26,707 nucleotides of DNA from Utricularia gibba (lineage: Eukaryota > Plantae > Magnoliophyta): NCBI GenBank assembly GCA_002189035.1, contig NEEC01000253.1, forward strand, positions 1-26,707, in the 5' to 3' direction. Every line of letters begins with the position of its first letter. Position 1 is the first letter of the stretch. A program made the position numbers and the translations under genes. Positions 12,427 to 23,015 of the stretch are shown here, piece by piece. The notes beneath the pieces are model-generated. The model searched no databases, was not told the DNA's origin, and saw only the letters and a program-made list of their open reading frames with translations.

Positions 12427-13050
12427 CGACGAAAATCGTGATGCAGTTATTGAAGTTAGGATTTCATGAGCACCCAAAATGGTTTTCTCAACCGCATGCT
12501 TTATATTTGATAAGGTGCTCTCGTGGGGCAACGGTATCGAGTAGGAGGTCGAGTCGAGCTCGGGCCCATAGTCATTTGTAGCTCGGCAAAAAACTTGATG
12601 CATTTATTAACGTTGGTTTTAATAGGCTGCCTCAATGGTTTTCTCAAGGAAAAGCTTGTCGTTTTTGGGGGTGATGTCGTTGTGAACTTCGTTCTGACCC
12701 AAGGTTCGGTCTGTCTCCTTTGCCAAATCTGGTCCTACTCGACGAAAATCGTGATGCAGTTATTGAAGTTAGGATTTCATGAGCACCCAAAATGCTTTTG
12801 TCAATCGCATGCTTTGTAGTTGAGGAGGCGCTCTAGTGGGGCACGGTATCGGCAAAAGGTCGAGTCGGGCTCGCTCCCAGAGTCATTTTTAGCCTGTCAA
12901 AAAAGTGATGCATTTATTAACGTTGGGTTTTAATAGGCTGCCTACATGGTTTCTCAAGGAAAAGCTTGTCGTTTCTGGCGGGTGATGTCTTTTGGAACTT
13001 CGTTCTGACCATAGGTTCGGTCTGACTCCTTTGCCACATCGGGTCCTACT

Positions 13051-13976
13051 CGACGAAAATCGTGATGCAGTTATTGAAGTTAGGATTCATGAGCACCCAA
13101 AATGGTTTTCTCAACCGCATGCTTTATATTTGATAAGGCACTCTCGTGGGGCAACGGTATCGAGCAGGAGGTCGAGTCGAGCTCGGGCCCATAGTCATTT
13201 GTAGCTCGGCAAAAAACTTGATGCATTTATTAACGTTGGTTTTAATAGGCTGCCTCAATGGTTTTCTCAAGGAAAAGCTTGTCGTTTTTGGGCGGGTGAT
13301 GTCGTTGTGAACTTCGTTCTGACCCAAGGTTCGGTCTGACTCCTTTGCCACATCGGGTCCTACTCGAAAAATCGTGATGCAGTTATTGAAGTTAGGATTC
13401 ATGAGCACCCAAAATGGTTTTCTCAACCGCATGCTTTATATTTGATAAGGCTCTCGTGGGGCAACGGTATCGAGCAGGAGGTCGAGTCGAGCTCGGGCCA
13501 TAGTCATTTGTAGCCCGGCAAAAAATTGATGCATTTATTAACGTTGGTTTATTAGGCTGCCTACATGGTTTCTCAAGGAAAAGCTTGTCGTTTCTGGGCG
13601 GGTGATGTCGTTGGGAACTTCGTTCTGACCCAAGGTTCGGTCTGACTCCTTTGCCACATCGGTCCTACTCGACGAAAATCGTGATGCAGTTATTGAAGTT
13701 AGGATTCATGAGCACCCAAAATGGTTTTCTCAACCGCATGCTTTATATTTGAGGAGGCGCTCTCGTGGGGCAACGGTATCGAGCAGGAGGTCGAGTCGAG
13801 CTCGGGCCCATAGTCATTTGTAGCTCGGCAAAAAACTTGATGCATTTATTAACGTTGGTTTTAATAGGCCTACATGGTTTTCTCAAGGAAAAGCTTGTCG
13901 TTTTTGGGCGGGTGATGTCGTTGGAACTTCGTTCTGACCATAGGTTCGGTCTGACCTTTGCCACATCGGTCCTACT
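13051..13976 (+). repeat. Patch of three X-like or hybrid monomers
   Basis: Monomers at 13051, 13365 and 13670 have GAGCAGG and no Z 5' block. The 13670 copy has TTTGAGGAGGCGCTCTCG. Confidence 0.75.
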
Positions 13977-14908
13977 CGACGAAAATCGTGATGCAGTTAT
14001 TGAAGTTAGGATTTCATGAGCACCCAAAATGGTTTTCTCAACCGCATGCTTTATATTTGATAAGGTGCTCTCGTGGGGCAACGGTATCGAGTAGGAGGTC
14101 GAGTCGAGCTCGGGCCCATAGTCATTTGTAGCTCGGCAAAAAACTTGATGCATTTATTAACGGTTGGTTTTAATAGGCTGCCTCAATGGTTTTCTCAAGG
14201 AAAAGCTTGTCGTTTTTGGGCGGGTGATGTCGTTGTGAACTTCGTTCTGACCAAGGTTCGGTCTGTCTCCTTTGCCAATCTGGTCCTACTCGACGAAAAT
14301 CGTGATGCAGTTATTGAAGTTAGGATTTCATGAGCACCCAAAATGCTTTTGTCAATCGCATGCTTTGTAGTTGAGGAGGCGCTCTAGTGGGGCACGGTAT
14401 CGGGCAAAAGGTCGAGTCGGGCTCGCTCCCAGAGTCATTTTTAGCCTGTCAAAAAATGATGCATTTATTAACGTTGGGTTTTAATAGGCTGCCTACATGG
14501 TTTCTCAAGAAAAGCTTGTCGTTTCTGGGCGGGTGATGTCTTTTGGAACTTCGTTCTGACCATAGGTTCGGTCTGACTCCTTTGCCACATCGGGTCCTAC
14601 TCGACGAAAATCGTGATGCAGTTATTGAAGTTAGGATTCATGAGCACCCAAAATGGTTTTCTCAACCGCATGCTTTATATTTGATAAGGCCTCTCGTGGG
14701 GCAACGGTATCGAGCAGGAGGTCGAGTCGAGCTCGGCCCAGAGTCATTTGTAGCCCGGCAAAAAAATTGATGCATTTATTAACGTTGGTTTATAGGCTGC
14801 CTACATGTTTCTCAAGGAAAAGCTTGTCGTTTCTGGGCGGGTGATGTCTTTTGGAACTTCGTTCTGACCAAGGTTCGGTCTGACTCCTTTGCCACATCGG
14901 GTCCTACT

Positions 14909-17900
14909 CGACGAAAATCGTGATGCAGTTATTGAAGTTAGGATTCATGAGCACCCAAAATGGTTTTCTCAACCGCATGCTTTATATTTGATAAGGTGCT
15001 CTCGTGGGGCAACGGTATCGAGTAGGAGGTCGAGTCGAGCTCGGGCCCATAGTCATTTGTAGCTCGGCAAAAAACTTGATGCATTTATTAACGGTTGGTT
15101 TTAATAGGCTGCCTCAATGGTTTCTCAAGGAAAAGCTTGTCGTTTTTGGGCGGGTGATGTCGTTGTGAACTTCGTTCTGACCCAAGGTTCGGTCTGACTC
15201 CTTTGCCAATCGGTCCTACTCGACGAAAATCGTGATGCAGTTATTGAAGTTAGGATTTCATGAGCACCCAAAATGCTTTTGTCAATCGCATGCTTTGTAG
15301 TTGAGGAGGCGCTCTAGTGGGGCACGGTATCGGGCAAAAGGTCGAGTCGGGCTCGCTCCAGAGTCATTTTTAGCCTGTCAAAAAAAGTGATGCATTTATT
15401 AACGTTGGGTTTTAATAGGCTGCCTACATGGTTTCTCAAGGAAAAGCTTGTCGTTTCTGGGCGGGTGATGTCTTTTGGAACTTCGTTCTGACCATAGGTT
15501 CGGTCTGACTCCTTTGCCACATCGGGTCCTACTCGACGAAAATCGTGATGCAGTTATTGAAGTTAGGATTTCATGAGCACCCAAAATGGTTTTCTCAACC
15601 GCATGCTTTATATTTGATAAGGTGCTCTCGTGGGGCAACGGTATCGAGTAGGAGGTCGAGTCGAGCTCGGGCCCATAGTCATTTGTAGCTCGGCAAAAAA
15701 CTTGATGCATTTATTAACGGTTGGTTTTAATAGGCTGCCTCAATGGTTTTCTCAAGGAAAAGCTTGTCGTTTTTGGGCGGGTGATGTCGTTGTGAACTTC
15801 GTTCTGACCCAAGGTTCGGTCTGTCTCCTTTGCCAATCTGGTCCTACTCGACGAAAATCGTGATGCAGTTATTGAAGTTAGGATTTCATGAGCACCCAAA
15901 ATGCTTTTGTCAATCGCATGCTTTGTAGTTGAGGAGGCGCTCTAGTGGGGCACGGTATCGGGCAAAAGGTCGAGTCGGGCTCGCTCCCAGAGTCATTTTT
16001 AGCCTGGCAAAAAAAAGTGATGCATTTATTAACGTTGGGTTTTAATAGGCTGCCTACATGGTTTCTCAAGGAAAAGCTTGTCGTTTCTGGGCGGGTGATG
16101 TCTTTTGGAACTTCGTTCTGACCATAGGTTCGGTCTGACTCCTTTGCCACATCGGGTCCTACTCGACGAAAATCGTGATGCAGTTATTGAAGTTAGGATT
16201 TCATGAGCACCCAAAATGGTTTTCTCAACCGCATGCTTTATATTTGATAAGGTGCTCTCGTGGGGCAACGGTATCGAGTAGGAGGTCGAGTCGAGCTCGG
16301 GCCCATAGTCATTTGTAGCTCGGCAAAAAACTTGATGCATTTATTAACGGTTGGTTTTAATAGGCTGCCTCAATGGTTTTCAAGGAAAAGCTTGTCGTTT
16401 TTGGGCGGGTGATGTCGTTGGAACTTCGTTCTGACCCAAGGTTCGGTCTGACTCCTTTGCCAATCGGTCCTACTCGACGAAAATCGTGATGCAGTTATTG
16501 AAGTTAGGATTTCATGAGCACCCAAAATGCTTTTCTCAATCGCATGCTTTGTAGTTGAGGAGGCGCTCTAGTGGGGCACGGTATCGGGCAAAAGGTCGAG
16601 TCGGGCTCGCCCAGAGTCATTTTAGCCTGTCAAAAAAAGTGATGCATTTATTAACGTTGGGTTTTAATAGGCTGCCTACATGGTTTCTCAAGGAAAAGCT
16701 TGTCGTTTCTGGGCGGGTGATGTCTTTTGGAACTTCGTTCTGACCATAGGTTCGGTCTGACTCCTTTGCCACATCGGGTCCTACTCGACGAAAATCGTGA
16801 TGCAGTTATTGAAGTTAGGATTTCATGAGCACCCAAAATGGTTTTCTCAACCGCATGCTTTATATTTGATAAGGTGCTCTCGTGGGGCAACGGTATCGAG
16901 TAGGAGGTCGAGTCGAGCTCGGGCCCATAGTCATTTGTAGCTCGGCAAAAAACTTGATGCATTTATTAACGGTTGGTTTTAATAGGCTGCCTCAATGGTT
17001 TTCTCAAGGAAAAGCTTGTCGTTTTGGGCGGGTGATGTCGTTGTGAACTTCGTTCTGACCCAAGGTTCGGTCTGTCTCCTTTGCCAATCTGGTCCTACTC
17101 GACGAAAATCGTGATGCAGTTATTGAAGTTAGGATTTCATGAGCACCCAAAATGCTTTTGTCAATCGCATGCTTTGTAGTTGAGGAGGCGCTCTAGTGGG
17201 CACGGTATCGGGCAAAAGGTCGAGTCGGGCTCGCTCCAGAGTCATTTTTAGCCTGTCAAAAAAAGTGATGCATTTATTAACGTTGGGTTTTAATAGGCTG
17301 CCTACATGGTTTCTCAAGGAAAAGCTTGTCGTTTCTGGGCGGGTGATGTCTTTTGGAACTTCGTTCTGACCATAGGTTCGGTCTGACTCCTTTGCCACAT
17401 CGGGTCCTACTCGACGAAAATCGTGATGCAGTTATTGAAGTTAGGATTTCATGAGCACCCAAAATGGTTTTCTCAACCGCATGCTTTATATTTGATAAGG
17501 TGCTCTCGTGGGGCAACGGTATCGAGTAGGAGGTCGAGTCGAGCTCGGGCCCATAGTCATTTGTAGCTCGGCAAAAAACTTGATGCATTTATTAACGGTT
17601 GGTTTTAATAGGCTGCCTCAATGGTTTTCTCAAGGAAAAGCTTGTCGTTTTTGGGCGGGTGATGTCGTTGTGAACTTCGTTCTGACCCAAGGTTCGGTCT
17701 GTCTCCTTTGCCAATCTGGTCCTACTCGACGAAAATCGTGATGCAGTTATTGAAGTTAGGATTTCATGAGCACCCAAAATGCTTTTGTCAATCGCATGCT
17801 TTGTAGTTGAGGAGGCGCTCTAGTGGGGCACGGTATCGGGCAAAAGGTCGAGTCGGGCTCGCTCCCAGAGTCATTTTAGCCTGTCAAAAAAAATGATGCA

Positions 17901-20539
17901 TTTATTAACGTTGGGTTTTAATAGGCTGCCTACATGGTTTCTCAAGGAAAAGCTTGTCGTTTCTGGGCGGGTGATGTCTTTTGGAACTTCGTTCTGACCA
18001 TAGGTTCGGTCTGACTCCTTTGCCACATCGGTCCTACTCGACGAAAATCGTGATGCAGTTATTGAAGTTAGGATTTCATGAGCACCCAAAATGGTTTTCT
18101 CAACCGCATGCTTTATATTTGATAAGGTGCTCTCGTGGGGCAACGGTATCGAGTAGGAGGTCGAGTCGAGCTCGGGCCCATAGTCATTTGTAGCTCGGCA
18201 AAAAACTTGATGCATTTATTAACGGTTGGTTTTAATAGGCTGCCTCAATGGTTTTCTCAAGGAAAAGCTTGTCGTTTTTGGGCGGGTGATGTCGTTGTGA
18301 ACTTCGTTCTGACCCAAGGTTCGGTCTGTCTCCTTTGCCAATCTGGTCCTACTCGACGAAAATCGTGATGCAGTTATTGAAGTTAGGATTTCATGAGCAC
18401 CCAAAATGCTTTTGTCAATCGCATGCTTTGTAGTTGAGGAGGCGCTCTAGTGGGGCACGGTATCGGGCAAAAGGTCGAGTCGGGCTCGCTCCCAGAGTCA
18501 TTTTTAGCCTGTCAAAAAAAGTGATGCATTTATTAACGTTGGGTTTTAATAGGCTGCCTACATGGTTTCTCAAGGAAAAGCTTGTCGTTTCTGGGCGGGT
18601 GATGTCTTTTGGAACTTCGTTCTGACCATAGGTTCGGTCTGACTCCTTTGCCACATCGGGTCCTACTCGACGAAAATCGTGATGCAGTTATTGAAGTTAG
18701 GATTTCATGAGCACCCAAAATGGTTTTCTCAACCGCATGCTTTATATTTGATAAGGTGCTCTCGTGGGGCAACGGTATCGAGTAGGAGGTCGAGTCGAGC
18801 TCGGGCCATAGTCATTTGTAGCTCGGCAAAAAACTTGATGCATTTATTAACGGTTGGTTTTAATAGGCTGCCTCAATGGTTTTCTCAAGGAAAAGCTTGT
18901 CGTTTTTGGGCGGGTGATGTCGTTGTGAACTTCGTTCTGACCCAAGGTTCGGTCTGTCTCCTTTGCCAATCTGGTCCTACTCGACGAAAATCGTGATGCA
19001 GTTATTGAAGTTAGGATTTCATGAGCACCCAAAATGCTTTTGTCAATCGCATGCTTTGTAGTTGAGGAGGCGCTCTAGTGGGGCACGGTATCGGGCAAAA
19101 GGTCGAGTCGGGCTCGCTCCAGAGTCATTTTTAGCCTGTCAAAAAAAGTGATGCATTTATTAACGTTGGGTTTTAATAGGCTGCCTACATGGTTTCTCAA
19201 GGAAAAGCTTGTCGTTTCTGGGCGGGTGATGTCTTTTGGAACTTCGTTCTGACCATAGGTTCGGTCTGACTCCTTTGCCACATCGGGTCCTACTCGACGA
19301 AAATCGTGATGCAGTTATTGAAGTTAGGATTTCATGAGCACCCAAAATGGTTTTCTCAACCATGCTTTATATTTGATAAGGCTCTCGTGGGGCAACGGTA
19401 TCGAGCAGGAGGTCGAGTCGAGCTCGGGCCCATAGTCATTTGTAGCTCGGCAAAAAACTTGATGCATTTATTAACGGTTGGTTTTAATAGGCTGCCTCAA
19501 TGGTTTCTCAAGGAAAAGCTTGTCGTTTTTGGGCGGTGATGTCGTTGTGAACTTCGTTCTGACCCAAGGTTCGGTCTGTCTCCTTTGCCAATCTGGTCCT
19601 ACTCGACGAAAATCGTGATGCAGTTATTGAAGTTAGGATTTCATGAGCACCCAAAATGCTTTTGTCAATCGCATGCTTTGTAGTTGAGGAGGCGCTCTAG
19701 TGGGGCACGGTATCGGGCAAAAGGTCGAGTCGGGCTCGCTCCCAGAGTCATTTTTAGCCAAAAAAATTGATGCATTTATTAACGTTGGGTTTTAATAGGC
19801 TGCCTACATGGTTTCTCAAGGAAAAGCTTGTCGTTTCTGGGCGGGTGATGTCTTTTGGAACTTCGTTCTGACCATAGGTTCGGTCTGACTCCTTTGCCAC
19901 ATCGGGTCCTACTCGACGAAAATCGTGATGCAGTTATTGAAGTTAGGATTTCATGAGCACCCAAAATGGTTTTCTCAACCGCATGCTTTATATTTGATAA
20001 GGTGCTCTCGTGGGGCAACGGTATCGAGTAGGAGGTCGAGTCGAGCTCGGGCCCATAGTCATTTGTAGCTCGGCAAAAAACTTGATGCATTTATTAACGG
20101 TTGGTTTTAATAGGCTGCCTCAATGGTTTTCTCAAGGAAAAGCTTGTCGTTTTTGGGCGGGTGATGTCGTTGTGAACTTCGTTCTGACCCAAGGTTCGGT
20201 CTGTCTCCTTTGCCAATCTGGTCCTACTCGACGAAAATCGTGATGCAGTTATTGAAGTTAGGATTTCATGAGCACCCAAAATGCTTTTGTCAATCGCATG
20301 CTTTGTAGTTGAGGAGGCGCTCTAGTGGGGCACGGTATCGGCAAAGGTCGAGTCGGGCTCGCTCCCAGAGTCATTTTTAGCCTGTCAAAAAAAGTGATGC
20401 ATTTATTAACGTTGGTTTTAATAGGCTGCCTACATGGTTTCTCAAGGAAAAGCTTGTCGTTTCTGGGCGGGTGATGTCTTTTGGAACTTCGTTCTGACCA
20501 TAGGTTCGGTCTGACTCCTTTGCCACATCGGGTCCTACT
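14909..20539 (+). repeat. Longest homogeneous dimeric higher-order repeat block (Y-Z)x9, ~628 bp period
   Basis: Y starts at 14909, 15534, 16164, 16786, 17412, 18039, 18668, 19295, 19914. Z starts at 15221, 15849, 16475, 17100, 17727, 18354, 18982, 19604, 20229. The ORF track echoes this period (near-identical minus-strand ORFs at 15399, 16029, 16651, 17277). Confidence 0.93.
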
Positions 20540-23015
20540 CGACGAAAATCGTGATGCAGTTATTGAAGTTAGGATATCATGAGCACCCAAAATGGTTTTC
20601 TCAACCGCATGCTTTATATTTGATAAGGCACTCTCGTGGGGCAACGGTATCGAGCAGGAGGTCGAGTCGAGCTCGGCCAGAGTCATTTGTAGCCGGCAAA
20701 AAAATTGATGCATTTATTAACGTTGGTTTAATAGGCTGCCTACATTTTTCTCAAGGAAAAGCTTGTCGTTTCTGGCGGGTGATGTCTTTGAAACTTCGTT
20801 CTGACCAAGTTCGGTCTGACTCTTTGCCACATCGGGTCCTACTCGACGAAAATCGTGATGCAGTTATTGAAGTTAGGATTCATGAGCACCCAAAATGGTT
20901 TTCTCAACCGCATGCTTTATATTTGATAAGGCCTCTCGTGGGGCAACGGTATCGAGCAGGAGGTCGAGTCGAGCTCGGGCCATAGTCATTTGTAGCCGGC
21001 AAAAAACTTGATGCATTAATTAACGTTGGTTTTAATAGGCTGCCTACATGTTTTCTCAAGGAAAAGCTTGTCGTTTTGGGCGGGTGATGTCGTTGTGAAC
21101 TTCGTTCTGACCAAGGTTCGTCTGCACCTTTGCCAATCGGTCCTACTCGACGAAAATCGTGATGCAGTTATTGAAGTTAGGATTTCATGAGCACCCAAAA
21201 TGGTTTTCTCAACCGCATGCTTTATATTTGATAAGGTGCTCTCGTGGGGCAACGGTATCGAGTAGGAGGTCGAGTCGAGCTCGGGCCCATAGTCATTTGT
21301 AGCTCGGCAAAAAAACTTGATGCATTTATTAACGGTTGGTTTTAATAGGCTGCCTCAATGGTTTCTCAAGGAAAAGCTTGTCGTTTTTGGCGGGTGATGT
21401 CGTTGTGAACTTCGTTCTGACCCAAGTTCGGTCTGTCTCCTTTGCCAAATCTGGTCCTACTCGACGAAAATCGTGATGCAGTTATTGAAGTTAGGATTTC
21501 ATGAGCACCCAAAATGCTTTTGTCAATCGCATGCTTTGTAGTTGAGCGCTCTAGTGGGGCACGGTATCGGGCAAAAGGTCGAGTCGGGCTCGCTCCCAGA
21601 GTCATTTTTAGCCTGTCAAAAAAAGTGATGCATTTATTAACGTTGGGTTTTAATAGGCTGCCTACATGGTTTCTCAAGGAAAAGCTTGTCGTTTCTGGGC
21701 GGGTGATGTCTTTTGGAACTTCGTTCTGACCATAGGTTCGGTCTGACTCCTTTGCCACATCGGGTCCTACTCGACGAAAATCGTGATGCAGTTATTGAAG
21801 TTAGGATTTCATGAGCACCCAAAATGGTTTTCTCAACCGCATGCTTTATATTTGATAAGGTGCTCTCGTGGGGCAACGGTATCGAGTAGGAGGTCGAGTC
21901 GAGCTCGGGCCCATAGTCATTTGTAGCTCGGCAAAAAACTTGATGCATTTATTAACGTTGGTTTAATAGGCTGCCTCAATGGTTTTCTCAAGGAAAAGCT
22001 TGTCGTTTTTGGGCGGGTGATGTCGTTGTGAACTTCGTTCTGACCCAAGGTTCGGTCTGTCTCCTTTGCCAAATCGGTCCTACTCGACGAAAATCGTGAT
22101 GCAGTTATTGAAGTTAGGATTTCATGAGCACCCAAAATGGTTTTCTCAACCGCATGCTTTATATTTGATAAGGTGCTCTCGTGGGGCAACGGTATCGAGT
22201 AGGAGGTCGAGTCGAGCTCGGGCCCATAGTCATTTGTAGCTCGGCAAAAAACTTGATGCATTTATTAACGTTGGTTTTAATAGGCTGCCTCAATGGTTTT
22301 CTCAAGGAAAAGCTTGTCGTTTTTGGGCGGGTGATGTCGTTGTGAACTTCGTTCTGACCAAGGTTCGGTCTGTCTCCTTTGCGGTACTCGACGAAAATCG
22401 TGATGCAGTTATTGAAGTTAGGATTTCATGAGCACCCAAAATGCTTTTGTCAATCGCATGCTTTGTATTGAGGAGGCGCTCTAGTGGGGCACGGTATCGG
22501 GCAAAAGGTCGAGTCGGGCTCGCTCCCAGAGTCATTTTTAGCCTGTCAAAAAAAGTGATGCATTTATTAACGTTGGGTTTTAATAGGCTGCCTACATGGT
22601 TTCTCAAGGAAAAGCTTGTCGTTTCTGGGCGGTGATGTCTTTTGGAACTTCGTTCTGACCATAGGTTCGGTCTGACTCCTTTGCCACATCGGGTCCTACT
22701 CGACGAAAATCGTGATGCAGTTATTGAAGTTAGGATTTCATGAGCACCCAAAATGGTTTTCTCAACCGCATGCTTTATATTTGATAAGGTGCTCTCGTGG
22801 GGCAACGGTATCGAGTAGGAGGTCGAGTCGAGCTCGGGCCCATAGTCATTTGTAGCTCGGCAAAAAACTTGATGCATTTATTAACGGTTGGTTTTAATAG
22901 GCTGCCTCAATGGTTTTCTCAAGGAAAAGCTTGTCGTTTTTGGGCGGGTGATGTCGTTGTGAACTTCGTTCTGACCCAAGGTTCGGTCTGTCTCCTTTGC
23001 CAAATCGGTCCTACT

